Below the pieces are notes generated by a model. That model ran no database searches. It was not told where the DNA came from and saw only the letters and a program-made list of their open reading frames with translations. Shown piece by piece: positions 9,184 through 19,526 of a stretch of 64,000 bases of DNA. This DNA is from an uncultured beta proteobacterium. Its GTDB lineage: Bacteria > Pseudomonadota > Gammaproteobacteria > Burkholderiales > SG8-41. The stretch's first letter is position 1; each line of letters starts with the position of its first letter. The translations under genes were made by a program, and so were the position numbers. Location: assembly GCA_963734595.1 (NCBI GenBank), contig CAVTHV010000018.1:248962-312961 (forward strand). Reading direction: 5' to 3'.

Positions 9184-9236
9184 TTTTCCTTCGCGTTCCT
9201 TTGCGATCCTTCGCGGCCTTTGCGTTCATGCTTTTT
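9184..9236. repeat. solitary right arm of the palindromic element, copy 3
   Basis: TTTTCCTTCGCGTTCCTTTGCGATCCTTCGCGGCCTTTGCGTTCATGCTTTTT. Confidence 0.8.
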
Positions 9237-9448
9237 GGGAATGAGCGGCTTTTAAAGCCGGCGCCCGTAGATCGCAGATCGACCCGTTCCGGGCATTTCT
9301 CGTTCTCGAAAGCAGTCAATTTGAGATGCGCAATAGTCGAATCAGTATGCGCTGGTATACTTAGAGCTGCGCAGCGAACAGTTTTTTGTTGCGCCCACGG
9401 TTGAATTTTGTTTCTGCACCACAAAGTAAAAGTGAGGATTACGCTTAT

Positions 9449-9785
9449 ATGGGACGCAACCTTTATTCACAGTTCGACACAGCAGAGCTGATTCTGCGGG
9501 ACCATCTGGCCATCTGACGGTACGCTGTTGGCGAACGAACGAACGCTTATGCTGTACCTGCGGTCGGGCGTGGCTTTGTTTATCGCCGGCATTTCCATCA
9601 TCAATTTCTCGCATGAGGTGTGGTTTACCGCCATGGGATTTCTGTGCCTGCCATGCGCGATCATTACAGTGCTGTTCGGCATCGTGCGATTTCGAAAAAT
9701 GGACAAAGACATTTCGGTCGTTCGCCTGGAATTGATGAACAATTCAAAGATGGGGAACGCGGCTGCTGGACAAGAGACGCAGTAA
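9449..9785 (+). CDS. DUF202 (YidH-like) membrane protein, one frameshift near 9505
   Basis: MGRNLYSQFDTAELILRDHLA, then after a frame change ...DGTLLANERTLMLYLRSGVALFIAG plus two TM helices. Confidence 0.6.
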
Positions 9786-9889
9786 CGGCGAATTTGCTCA
9801 ATCCTGAGCCAGGCGGAACCAGCTTTCGTGCTAGCATCAAATCGGTAACATTCCATTCCAGTGGTTTCATTCATTCAGGAGGTCGCGCC

Positions 9890-10378
9890 ATGCTGAAATC
9901 CATCGTGTTACGCGCTGTCGCGGTAGTTGCAACGGTTGCAACCTGCTCGGTTGCCTTTGCGCAGGAACCGGCGTTCGAGAAGAAGAATTTCCATTACAGC
10001 GAGTGGACCAAGGGGCGCTTCGCGGAAGCCGTGACGGTCACGGGGCCGGCCAAATGGATTTACCTGGCGGGAGTCGGGGCGGAAGCGGAGGCGGACGGCA
10101 AGATTCTCCACCTCGGCGATTTCATGGGGCAGTGCCGCTACGCGTACGAAAAGATCAAGAAGGTGCTGGCGAAACAGGGTGCGACCATGGCGGACATCGT
10201 GAAGCTCACGTCCTACGTCGTCGACATTCGCGACCGCGATGCGCTGAACAAGTGCCGGGGTGAGGTTTTTGCCGGCGGGCCGATGCCCGGGCACACGTTT
10301 CTTGCCATCAGCCAGCTTGCCCGCCCCGGGATGCTGCTGGAGATGGACGTCGTCGCGGCGGTGCCGGCAGGGAAGTAG
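9890..10378 (+). CDS. RidA/YjgF family protein with signal peptide
   Basis: AGGAGG RBS and ATG at 9890. The core is YjgF-like (...IYLAGVGA...CRYAYEKIKKVLAKQGATMADIVKLTSYV...LEMDVVA). Confidence 0.85.
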   Translation: MLKSIVLRAVAVVATVATCSVAFAQEPAFEKKNFHYSEWTKGRFAEAVTVTGPAKWIYLAGVGAEAEADGKILHLGDFMGQCRYAYEKIKKVLAKQGATMADIVKLTSYVVDIRDRDALNKCRGEVFAGGPMPGHTFLAISQLARPGMLLEMDVVAAVPAGK

Positions 10379-10397
10379 CGGGTACAAAAAAGCAGGG

Positions 10398-10437
10398 CCG
10401 GGTTCACATTTCACGAACCGCCGAAAAGTGAACCCGA
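10398..10437. repeat. 40-nt hairpin repeat (GGGTTCRC-N20-GYGAACCC), copy a
   Basis: CCGGGTTCACATTTCACGAACCGCCGAAAAGTGAACCCGAT. Near-identical architecture occurs at 14175-14214. Confidence 0.6.
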
Positions 10438-10459
10438 TGCCATTGGAAAGAGGTCAGAT

Positions 10460-11638
10460 ATGTCCGCAGAAAAAGTGATCGGCTCCTGGTTCCGGTATTT
10501 CCCCGACCATTATCTCTGGTCGCAGACGATGTGTTCGCTGATGAGCCTGTCGCGCTTCGGCGGCACCAACATCCAGGAGCTGGACCAGGTCGGCAAGCGG
10601 CTGGCGGGTCACGTGGGCAACGCGGAACACTGGCACGACAGCTGGCACTGGATGGCGGACAAGACGCTGGCATACGCCGGGGCCGAGGACGCCAAAGGCC
10701 ATGCGCTGACCGCGGCCGAGGCGTACGTGCGCAGCGCGATGTACCGCTTCAACAGCGAGCGCTTCGTGCATCCGGACGACCCGCGCAAGGCCGAGAGCTA
10801 CGCGAAGCTGACCGGCGATTACCTGAAAGGCATGTCGCGGCTCATCCCGGGCATGGAGCGCGTCGAGGTGCCGTACCTCGACGGGGCGAGCCTCCCGGCT
10901 TACTGGATCCCGCCGAAGGGCGGCACGGCGAAGGGCCCGGTGGTGGTGTTCTTCGACGGACTGGACGCGTCCAAGGAAGGCACTGTGCTATGGGGCGGCA
11001 TGTCGCTCGCGGCGCGGGGCATCGGCGTGCTCTGCATCGACGGCCCGGGACAGGGCGAGGCGCTGCGCCTGCGCAAGATTCCCTCGCGTCCGGATTACGA
11101 GGTGGCGGGCACCGCGGCCTACGATTTCATCGCCGCGCGGCCGGGAGTCGACCCGTCGCGCATCGGCATCCAGGCGATGAGCTTCGGCGGCTACTATGCG
11201 CCGCGGATCGCGGCATTCGAGCACCGCTACGCGGGCTGCTTCTCCTGGGGCGCGCACTTCGACTACCACGAGATCTGGGTCAAGCGCCGCAAGGTGCTCG
11301 AGGCGGGCGGGACCATATCCTCGTCGGCGATCTGGCAACTGCCCTGGGTGCTCGGAACCCCGGACATGGACAGCGCCATGAAGAAGTGCGAGGCCTACAC
11401 CCTCGCGGGCGTCGCCGAGAAAATCCGCATGCCGATCATGATCACCCACGGCCAGGACGATAACATCGTGCCCGTGGAGATGGCCCACCGGCTGTACGCG
11501 GCCTGCGGTTCGAAAGCCAAGGCGTTGAAGATCTTCACCGTCGAGGACGGCGGCAGTCAGCACTGCGTGTTCGACAACCTGCCGATGATCTCGAACTTCA
11601 TGGCCGACTGGTGGATGGACCTGTTCGCCGGGAAGTGA
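10460..11638 (+). CDS. alpha/beta hydrolase
   Basis: 392-aa intact ORF with nucleophile elbow AMSFGG and a late HGQDD motif. Confidence 0.85.
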   Translation: MSAEKVIGSWFRYFPDHYLWSQTMCSLMSLSRFGGTNIQELDQVGKRLAGHVGNAEHWHDSWHWMADKTLAYAGAEDAKGHALTAAEAYVRSAMYRFNSERFVHPDDPRKAESYAKLTGDYLKGMSRLIPGMERVEVPYLDGASLPAYWIPPKGGTAKGPVVVFFDGLDASKEGTVLWGGMSLAARGIGVLCIDGPGQGEALRLRKIPSRPDYEVAGTAAYDFIAARPGVDPSRIGIQAMSFGGYYAPRIAAFEHRYAGCFSWGAHFDYHEIWVKRRKVLEAGGTISSSAIWQLPWVLGTPDMDSAMKKCEAYTLAGVAEKIRMPIMITHGQDDNIVPVEMAHRLYAACGSKAKALKIFTVEDGGSQHCVFDNLPMISNFMADWWMDLFAGK

Positions 11639-11653
11639 TGCGCCAGGAAAGAC

Positions 11654-12059
11654 TCAGCCCGGCTGCTTCGTGTCGAGCTGCACGCCCGCGAGGGTCTTGA
11701 GTTCCATGATTTTCTCCGCGCAGTTGCTCGCGACCGCGTTTGCGATGTTGTCGTCGAGTTTCTGGTCGGGCTCGGCGACCAAACCGTCTTTTACGATGGT
11801 GTCACCCCGGTTCCAGTCTTCGGTCTTCTTGAGCGTTTGCCAGGCTGCGACGGCGTTCGGTTGCTGTTCGAAGCGGGCCACGCAAACCGGCGTCGCATAG
11901 GCGACGACCGCATCTTGCGCCTTTTGTGTCGGACATCTTCGCCGCATTGCCGGCGCTCATCCAGCCGAATCCGAACGCCAGGGTTAGCCACACTCCTATG
12001 GCTCCAATCACGACTCCCCAGAATGCAGGTTCAATCCAACTCGTCACTTTCGTCGACAT
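11654..12059 (-). CDS. hypothetical membrane-anchored protein, one frameshift near 11935
   Basis: AAAGGAGG RBS plus ATG at 12059. MSTKVTSWIEPAFWGVVIGAIGVWLTLAFGFGW..., then continues in ORF 11654..11947 (...AQDAVVAYATPVCVARFEQQPNAVAAWQTLKK...). Confidence 0.5.
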
Positions 12060-12345
12060 ATAACCTCCTTTGGTCTCTACCGCAGAATAACTATCAAAAG
12101 CGCGGTTCAAGGTGTCAGCTTCAAATCGATCGGCTCCGATCGAAACATCACCCCAAAATGGAGCGGCGCGAAAGTCACATTGCTGTATCCGACTTAAGTC
12201 GAACTTAAGAAATAGGGCAAGACCGGGAAGGTCCATTAGGCCGTTGTTTTATTTGATAATTTCCGCTGCGTCCGACCGGCATCTCCTGCGATGTCGTATC
12301 ATGATTACCGTTCATCGCGTAAGCGCACTCCAACGCACTCGGCTT

Positions 12346-13005
12346 ATGTCCTCATTGCTCAACATGCAGTTCGACCGTCCGGTGGTCATCGATACCAATC
12401 AGCTCGATTGGCAGCCGAGCCCGCGGCCGGGCGTCTGGCGCAAGCCTCTGGCGCGCGAAGAAGCGGAGCGCGGACATGCCACCAGTATCGTTCGTTATGA
12501 TCCGGGCTCTGCGTTCACTACGCATGGCCACCCGCTGGGTGAGGAGATCCTGGTTCTGGCAGGCACGTTCTCGGACGAGCACGGCGATTACGGCGCCGGC
12601 ACTTACATTCGCAATCCGCCCGGATCGAGTCACGCGCCGTTCAGCGCGGCGGGTTGCGTGCTGCTGGTCAAGCTCCATCAGTTCTTGCCGCGAGACACGG
12701 CGCAAGTGCGCATCGACACGGCGCGAGGCGTCTGGCTTCCCGGGCAGGGCAACCTGCAGGTCATGCCGTTGCACGAGTTCGAAGGCGAGCACGTGGCGCT
12801 GGTGAAATGGCCCGCCGGCGAGCACTTCCAACCGCATCGCCATTTTGGCGGCGAAGAGATTTTCGTCCTGTCGGGCGAATTCAGGGACGAACACGGCCGC
12901 TATCCTGCGGGCACCTGGATGCGCAGCCCTCATTTGAGCCAGCACAATCCGTACGTCGAGCAGGAAACGGTCATCTGGGTGAAAGTCGGACATCTCCCCG
13001 TCTGA
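12346..13005 (+). CDS. cupin domain protein (ChrR-like bicupin)
   Basis: Two cupin cores (HGHPLGEEILVLAGTFSDEHGDY and HRHFGGEEIFVLSGEFRDEHGRY). The start is ambiguous (12301, 12346 or 12364). Confidence 0.8.
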   Translation: MSSLLNMQFDRPVVIDTNQLDWQPSPRPGVWRKPLAREEAERGHATSIVRYDPGSAFTTHGHPLGEEILVLAGTFSDEHGDYGAGTYIRNPPGSSHAPFSAAGCVLLVKLHQFLPRDTAQVRIDTARGVWLPGQGNLQVMPLHEFEGEHVALVKWPAGEHFQPHRHFGGEEIFVLSGEFRDEHGRYPAGTWMRSPHLSQHNPYVEQETVIWVKVGHLPV

Positions 13006-13135
13006 TTGAACCCGCCTTCGGGCGGATGAGCCTGCAGAAAAGCCCGGCTATGCGCGCCAGCGCACCGAATCGACCGCGCGATTCGCGTAACGTGATCGAC
13101 CATCATAATGCCCCGATCACGAGCGAAACAGACCA

Positions 13136-13772
13136 ATGAAAGTGAAAACTCCGGCGCCGCCGGTATCTGCCGCAGATACCGCGGACAAATCGTCCGAACC
13201 GGCCCTTGGCCAGATTGACCAGAATATCGAAACCATTCTGGCGTTCTACACGCGCGAAGAAAAGAAGATGAGCGGCTCGCAGCGAGTCCTCGAAACCGCG
13301 AGCAGTTTTGCGGCGCAGCCGCTGTTTCTCGGCTGCATTCTGCTGTTGGTCCGCGCTCTGGATACTCGGCAACGTCGTCGCGCACCGATTGGGTTTTGCC
13401 GAGTTTGATCCGGCGCCGTTTTTCTGGCTGCAGGGCATCGTCAGCCTGGGCGCATTGCTGACGGCGACCGTGGTCCTGATCAAGCAGAACCGCCTGGCCA
13501 AGCTCGAGGAACGGCGCGCGCATCTGGAACTGCAGGTCAATCTGTTGACCGAACAGAAGGTCACCAAGCTGATCAACCTGATAGAGGAGTTACGGCACGA
13601 TCTGCCCAATGTCAAAAACCGCGAGGATCCCGAGGCGATGGCGTTGCAGCAGCCGACCGATCCGGAGCAGGTGCTGGCCGCGCTCGATGAGCGGCGTGAA
13701 ACCGGGGAGCCCCCGATGCCTGCAGAGGTAGAGGAAGTGGAAGAGAAAGAGGAAGAGAAAGGAAGCGGGTAA
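13136..13772 (+). CDS. DUF1003 family membrane protein, one frameshift near 13340
   Basis: ORFs 13136..13408 and 13308..13772 join to give ...SQRVLETASSFAAQPLFLG... / ...FDPAPFFWLQGIVSLGALLTATVVLIKQNRLAKLEERRAHLELQVNLL... Confidence 0.7.
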
Positions 13773-13854
13773 TCAGGGTCTGAATTACAGAGAAGGCGCA
13801 CATCCCGCGCGCCCGTTTGCGAGCCCTCTCGCGGGAATGCTTTTCGCTACAGCG

Positions 13855-14067
13855 TCAACGGTAGCCATGGCCACGACCGTGGCCACGCCTTCCCCCGTAG
13901 ATTCCGATCCCGATCGACGGCCCATAATAGACCGGTGGAACGTAATACACAGGCGCCGGCACGTAATAACCGGGCGCCTCACCGTATCCCGGACCGACCG
14001 GAACCGCCACGCATCCGCCCAGCACCGTCAGCGCCGACACGACAAACGTCAGTCTCGCAAGTTTCAT
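13855..14067 (-). CDS. small Gly/Tyr/Pro-rich lipoprotein
   Basis: Signal peptide with lipobox LGGC, then a repetitive YYVP/GYG tail. Confidence 0.55.
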   Translation of the reverse strand: MKLARLTFVVSALTVLGGCVAVPVGPGYGEAPGYYVPAPVYYVPPVYYGPSIGIGIYGGRRGHGRGHGYR

Positions 14068-14174
14068 GTTCGCGTTCTCCTTGTCCTGTTGGACAAGGAC
14101 CCGTTCGCGGGTATCCCGCGGAACATGTAAGAGTTTGTTACCGGCAGCCTGGAAACGGCACAGGGAAATGGGAT

Positions 14175-14214
14175 GGGGTTCGCATTTCCATGGCCGCCGA
14201 AAAGCGAACCCGAC
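14175..14214. repeat. 40-nt hairpin repeat, copy b
   Basis: GGGGTTCGCATTTCCATGGCCGCCGAAAAGCGAACCCGAC, just beyond the stop of the 14227..15008 gene. Confidence 0.6.
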
Positions 14215-14226
14215 CCCGCGAAAGTT

Positions 14227-15008
14227 TCAGATCACGTCCGCAAACGCGAACTCAGCCACGAGCATATGGTGATCGGAGGCGGGTGTGGGCCTCACCTCGT
14301 GGCGGACCGGCCGCAGGTGCCGGCTGTAGAAAATGTGGTCGAGCACATAAGGGCGCCGGCGCCAGGTGATCTCCCCCGACTGCACGGTCCGGTAACCGGC
14401 GGCGTCGAACTGCCGCACGAGCGACTCGTGCTTGCTGACATTGAAATCGCCCCCAAGCAAAGTAGGGCCTTGCGAGGCTTTCAATATATCGGCGACGAGC
14501 TCCCGTTGGCCAAGATGGACCTCGCTCGAGGACTTGAGCATGAAGAACGCCACCAGGTGGGTATTGAAGATCCGCAGCTCATGCCCGGCGATGGTGGTCG
14601 TCGCGCCGATCAGAAGCCGGTCGGTGGGCGTTCGTCTTCTCTCCATGAAAATCGAATTCGACCGGCGGCGAGGGCAGATCGCGACGCATGCGTGTCGCGC
14701 AACGGCGTTTTCGAGAAGATGGCCAGGCCGATGCCGAATGGCAACTCGCGCGGGTCCGCTTTGGGATAGGAAAAAAATCCCTGATAGCCGTCGAGCGCCG
14801 CACGCAGCCGGGTGAAGTTGGGCGGAGGATCGGTCTGCAAGCCGCCGGGCTGTGCCTGCTCCACCTCCTGCAGCAGCACGATATCGGCCTTGTGGCGGAG
14901 AATTTCGCCGATCGTCAGGTCGAGGTTGACAGGCGCATGCTCGGGATAGGCATCGTCCCAGCCCTGTCCGAACTGCATGTTGAACTGCAGGACTTTGAAT
15001 GTCTTCAT
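14227..15008 (-). CDS. endonuclease/exonuclease/phosphatase (EEP) family protein, one frameshift near 14650
   Basis: N-terminus is MKTFKVLQFNMQFGQGW...DIVLLQEVE. The C-terminal part in a second frame reads ...LRIFNTHL...LLGGDFN...SDHHMLVAEF. Confidence 0.7.
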
Positions 15009-15068
15009 GTGAGCAGGACGAACCGCTTATTACATTTCGCAATGCCGTGGCTCGGGAAAAAGGAGCGC

Positions 15069-15575
15069 TCAGCTCGCCCCCATGAAATCCCGCTTGCCGA
15101 TTTCCACGCCGTTGTGCCGGAGAATGTCGTAGGCGGTCGTCGCGTGAAAATAGAAGTTGGGCAGGGACCGGTTCAGCAGCAACTCCACTCCCGTGAAGTT
15201 CAATTCGCGGTCGCGCATTTTCACGGTGACGGGCTTGCCCTCCGAGCCGTCGATCTGCGCCGGCTTGATCGTGTTCAGCCAGGCCGTCGTTTTCTCCACG
15301 CGCGCGATGAGTTCGGCGAGGCTCTTTTCGTTGTCCTCGTACTTCGGCGCCTCCACTCCCGCGAGCAGCGCGGTGCAATTCTTCGCGTGATCGGTCGCGA
15401 TCTGGACCTGCTTGGCAAGATTGAACATGTCGGGATAAAACCGGTAGGCGAGCAGGCTCGACTCGTCGTACTTCTTCTGGGCGTAATGCGCCTGCGCCTT
15501 CGTCAGGCAGCCGGCGAGACCGTTGAGATGGCGGACAAAGACGGGCACTGAAATTTGATACATCGAAAGGGCCAT
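15069..15575 (-). CDS. DUF1993 domain protein
   Basis: MALSMYQISVPVFVRHLNGL...NFYFHATTAYDILRHNGVEIGKRDFMG is typical of the family. Confidence 0.85.
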   Translation of the reverse strand: MALSMYQISVPVFVRHLNGLAGCLTKAQAHYAQKKYDESSLLAYRFYPDMFNLAKQVQIATDHAKNCTALLAGVEAPKYEDNEKSLAELIARVEKTTAWLNTIKPAQIDGSEGKPVTVKMRDRELNFTGVELLLNRSLPNFYFHATTAYDILRHNGVEIGKRDFMGAS

Positions 15576-15683
15576 AGTTGTTTCTCCATGATCAAGGGGG
15601 CGGAAACGGCCATTTTACTCGAACGCGGGTTCGAGGTTGCCCGGGTTGCAACGCTCTAACCGTGTTCCGGCTATAATGTCGCC

Positions 15684-16060
15684 ATGAACGAAGAACAGCA
15701 CACCACGGAACAACCCATCGAAGCTCCACTCGCCGAAGCGCAGCCTAACGCGGCGCAGGCGTCGAACCCCAGTCCCAATTTTCACGCCGCCGGTTGCGCG
15801 AGCTCCTCGCGATTCCCGAGCGCGACCGCACCGACGCGTTATGGGATGAGCTCATCGCACTCGAAATCGACCTGGCGCCCGGCAACCGCGCCCAATCGCC
15901 GCAAGCCGACGTTGGCCGCCGTCAGGAACCCGGCCAACGACAGCAGGCGGGCCGGCGTCAGGATCAGATGCGGCAGCAACAGTCCGCGCCCGGCGCAAAG
16001 CCGGGCAGGCGCTTCAGCAAAAAGCCCAGGCGCGGTCGCGGGTCACCAACCGGGATCTGA
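15684..16060 (+). CDS. hypothetical Gln/Arg-rich protein, one frameshift near 15780
   Basis: MNEEQHTTEQPIEAPLAEAQ..., then the protein-like RELLAIPERDRTDALWDELIALEIDLAPGN in ORF 15794..16060. TATAAT lies 6 nt before the ATG. Confidence 0.35.
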
Positions 16061-16131
16061 GCATCGCGGGAACACGTTCCCGAATCTGCTGGCGGGTGTT
16101 TTGGTGAAGCAATGGGAAATGACAACATCCC

Positions 16132-16377
16132 ATGGACATACTCAATACTCTCCAATCCCTCGGCATTACGATTCCCGGCCCGGCGTACATTGTCGGCGCC
16201 ATCCTCTTCAGCATCATCGGTTACGCCGCTTACCGGTATGGAAAGAAGGCCACCCTCGCGATTCCCAAGTGGATCGGGATCGCGCTGATGCTGTACCCGT
16301 ATGCCGTTTACGACACCTGGCTGCTGTATGCCGTCGGCGGCGTCTTGTGCGTCGGCGTGTACGTATTTCGGAAGTAA
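16132..16377 (+). CDS. small membrane protein (81 aa, 2-3 TM)
   Basis: Intact hydrophobic ORF followed by a hairpin. Confidence 0.5.
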   Translation: MDILNTLQSLGITIPGPAYIVGAILFSIIGYAAYRYGKKATLAIPKWIGIALMLYPYAVYDTWLLYAVGGVLCVGVYVFRK

Positions 16378-16387
16378 ACTCAAAAAA

Positions 16388-16416
16388 ACGGGGCCAGCCT
16401 GAGCTGACCCCGTTTC
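16388..16416. terminator. bidirectional terminator candidate between convergent genes
   Basis: AAAAAAACGGGGCCAGC-CTGA-GCTGACCCCGTTT hairpin flanked by A and T runs. Confidence 0.5.
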
Positions 16417-16468
16417 CTGTTGCTGCCGCCGCTGATCCAGTCACGCGGACCGACGGCGGGTAGGCCGA

Positions 16469-16996
16469 TTACGCCCTGCCGTGCCTGTCACCGCGATGGA
16501 AACCGCCATGGCCGTGGCCGCGGCCCGCGAGCACCTTGTCGGCGACCTGCTGTTGCTCGGGCGACAATGCCGCGTAGAGCGGTTTTTCGACTGCGAGCAG
16601 TTCGCTCGTCCGCGTCGCCGCCGCGGCGAGAAACTCCTGCCTGCGCTCGAGCCGCTCGATGGCGGTCGGGCGCTTGCGCTCGGTGCGCTGGGCCATTTTC
16701 TCTTTCCACGTTTTGATGCGCGCGTCCGCGCTCTTCGCGTGGTTGCGCATCACATCGGCGAACGCGTTCCACTGCGTTTGCTGCGCGTCGGTGATTTTCA
16801 GCGCGGTCTTCAGATAGGCGAGGCGCGCTTCGACGCGTTCGCCGGGAAGGCTGAAGGCTTGCTTGCCGTGATGGAAGCGCTGCGCGTGATGGCCTTGCGG
16901 CGTATCGGCCGCCGGACTTCCGGTTTGCGCCATCGTCAGCGGCGCCGCGGCGGCAAAGCCCGCGGCAATCAGGGTGCTTATGATCAGTTTGTTCAT
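16469..16996 (-). CDS. Spy/CpxP-family periplasmic chaperone-like protein
   Basis: Signal peptide, LTXXQ-like motifs (ITDAQQTQW, LSPEQQQVA) and a His/Gly-rich tail. Confidence 0.85.
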   Translation of the reverse strand: MNKLIISTLIAAGFAAAAPLTMAQTGSPAADTPQGHHAQRFHHGKQAFSLPGERVEARLAYLKTALKITDAQQTQWNAFADVMRNHAKSADARIKTWKEKMAQRTERKRPTAIERLERRQEFLAAAATRTSELLAVEKPLYAALSPEQQQVADKVLAGRGHGHGGFHRGDRHGRA

Positions 16997-17136
16997 CTTT
17001 CGTCTCCAAGGTGGTTGAAAAACCGTCCTCCCAATGATGGAGGCCTGTCCTTAGGACTGCGGTGCCGGTTGCCCCGTTCCGCGCGATGATGTAACAAAGA
17101 GTTGCAGATGTAACGCTGTGTAAATGCAGCGATGCC

Positions 17137-17887
17137 TTACCGGGCTTCCGCAGGGGCACCGGCACCCGGCGCCCGGCGGCTGAAACGATATCCCTTGTAA
17201 CTGAATATCATGCCATCGGGCGTGATCTCCTCCAGCTTGAGGCCCGGCGCCAGGGACATGCCTTCATGCAGCAGCCGGTCGTTGATGCTGACGAGGCGGT
17301 TCTTCGGTTGGCTCGAATAGGCATGAACCGCAATCGACATGCCCGGAATCTCCTGCTGTATCTGGACCGGTAGTTCGGCCATCGTCATCACGCTTTGTTC
17401 CTGCACGGCGCTGTGCGGCGGGCTTTTGCGGCACAGGCGTTTCCGCCTTCTTCGGGACGGCAGCAACCACTTTGGGTGGCGCGCGGTGCGCCGGAGTCCT
17501 GGCGGGCGCGGGCAGGTCCTCTTCTTTGATGAGCGCACTCGTGGGCATCGGGGCTGACGGCGCGGCTGATGTCGATTCCTGCGCCCGCGTGCCGGCGATC
17601 TCAGGCGATGCGGGCAGAGGCGCCGGCGCGGTTTGGCGCGGGCTCGATTGGGGCGGCTTCGCTGCGGCGAGAGGCGCGGTTGCAGGAGCCGGTGGCGCCG
17701 GCTGCCATGGCCGCAGCCAGCCGATCGCGATGCCGGCGCCGACCAGCGCCACCCCAAGCAGCACGTACCGCAACGTCGCGGGTGGTTTGGGCGCCGCCAC
17801 CGTTGCCTGCGCCGTCAGCAGCGTCGGCGCCGTGCCGCGCTGACGCTGTTTGTCGGATTTCCTGATCGCCTCGAGAATATACGACAT
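17137..17887 (-). CDS. gspB: general secretion pathway protein B (GspB/ExeB)-like, one frameshift near 17400
   Basis: MSYILEAIRKSDKQRQ N-terminus, a TM helix, a Pro/Ala-rich linker, and a C-terminus ...IAVHAYSSQPKNRLVSINDRLLHEGMSLAPGLKLEEITPDGMIFSYKGYRF in a second frame. Confidence 0.65.
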
Positions 17888-17889
17888 AC

Positions 17890-19526
17890 TTAATTTTTCC
17901 CCGGCTCGGGAGCAGCTTCGGTGCCGCCTGATCGGCCACGCCGTTCAGGCGCATCAGGGTCTGAGGTCCGACGGCGCCGTCGGGTGTCAATCCCTGGGCG
18001 AGTTGAAACTGTTTGACCTGGCGCACCAGGGCATCATCGAACACCGGATCCGCGGTTGCTTCCGCGGCGCGGCCTTGCGTTTGTGCGAGTTGCTTGCTCA
18101 GCCATTCCACAGCCGGTCCACGCTCGCCCGGCCGCATCTTCTCGCGCAACCGGCGGCATGCGCCACAGCAAGGTATAGTGCCCCGACCATTGTGCCGCCA
18201 GGGCGTCAAGAGCGACCGTCCTGGTTTCCGTGCCGATGGCAAAGGTGGCGGACTTATCTGCAAGCGCAGTCAACGTCGCCTGGAATTCCTGGCCCTGGTC
18301 GTCGCTCATGTGCAGCACCGCGGGCCGGTTGAATTGACGCAGATCATCCAATCCGCCGCGGGCCGTTCGACAGCGCAAACCCAGGCCCGCAGCCTGCTTG
18401 CATGCGTCTGCTCCCTGATATTCCGCACCCCATGCGTGGAACAGCGCGGCGTAAGCCATCGCCTCGCTGCGCGCGCGCGGTTCATCCGCCGGCCATTCCA
18501 GCGTAGCCGGCAATGCGGCTTCCGGCTTGGTATTTTCAGTTGGACCCGCAGCCTTCGCCGGCGCTGCGGTTACGACGGGTTTTGCAATCGCTTGCGGCAC
18601 CGCCGCCATTTTGGTATCGGGCTGCCCGTTCTGATACACCGCCAGCGCGATTGCACCGGCAGCCACCAGAATCAGAATCGCCAGCAGAGGGCGCAGCATG
18701 CTGCGGCGCCGTGAACGGGCGGGGGAACACCTCGCGCGCCGCCTGCGCGAGCGTCGCGCGATCGATTCGCTCCTTGCCCTGCACGAAGGCGCCCAGCAGC
18801 GCGCGGTCGCACAGCACGTTGATGACGCGGGGGACGCCGCCGCTCAAGCGGTACACCCGGCCCACGAGCGCGTTGGGAAACAGCTGCCGCTTTGCTCCCG
18901 ACACCTCGAGGCGGTGCCGGATATAGGCTGCGACTTCCGGCCTGGTCAGCGGCCCCAGGTGATAGCGCGCGACGATGCGCTGCGCGAGCTGCCGCAGCTC
19001 CGGCCGCTCCAGCATCGCCGCGAGCTCGGGCTGGCCCAGCAGGATGATCTGCAGCAGCTTGCGCTGGTTGGTTTCCAGATTGGTGAGCAGCCGCATCTGC
19101 TCCAGCACGTCGGCGGAGAGGTTCTGCGCCTCGTCGATGATCAGCACCGTGTGCCGGCCCCTGGCATGGGCGTCGAGCAGGTAAGCGTTGATGCAATCGA
19201 CGAACACCTTGATGCTGGTATTGCCGGGCGGATAAGCGATGCCGAATTCGACGCAGATGGTCGAGAGCAGCTCCTCCACCGTCAGCTTCGGATTGAAAAT
19301 GTAGGCCACATCGCAGGACTCGGGAATCTGCTCGAGCAGGCAACGGCAGATCGTGGTCTTGCCCGCGCCCACCTCGCCCGTGAGCAACACAAATCCGCCA
19401 TCGCGCATTCACGCCGTAGAGCAGATGCGCGAGCGCCTCCTGGTGGCGCTGGCTCATGTAGAGATAACGCGGGTCCGGCGCGATGGAGAACGGCGCTTCA
19501 GCGAGGCCGAAGTGACTCTGGTACAT
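17890..19526 (-). pseudogene. exeA: ExeA/GspA-like AAA ATPase with peptidoglycan-binding domain, at least 3 frameshifts
   Basis: MYQSHFGLAEAPFSIAPDPRYLY..., Walker A LLTGEVGAGKT, IIDEAQNL, a TM segment (LRPLLAILILVAAGAIALAV), and a PG_binding-like segment (VRQVKQFQLAQGLTPDGAVGPQTLMRL), spread over four frames. Confidence 0.75.

Noticed and set aside
13011-13026. CCCGCCTTCGGGCGG hairpin after the cupin gene, considered as a terminator.
   Set aside because: The stem is only 5-6 bp and is not followed by a T-tract, so it was not annotated.
15672-15686. TATAAT 6 nt upstream of the ATG at 15684 suggests a leaderless mRNA.
   Set aside because: There is no acceptable -35 box at 16-18 nt spacing (TTGCAA lies 20 nt away), and the gene call itself is weak.
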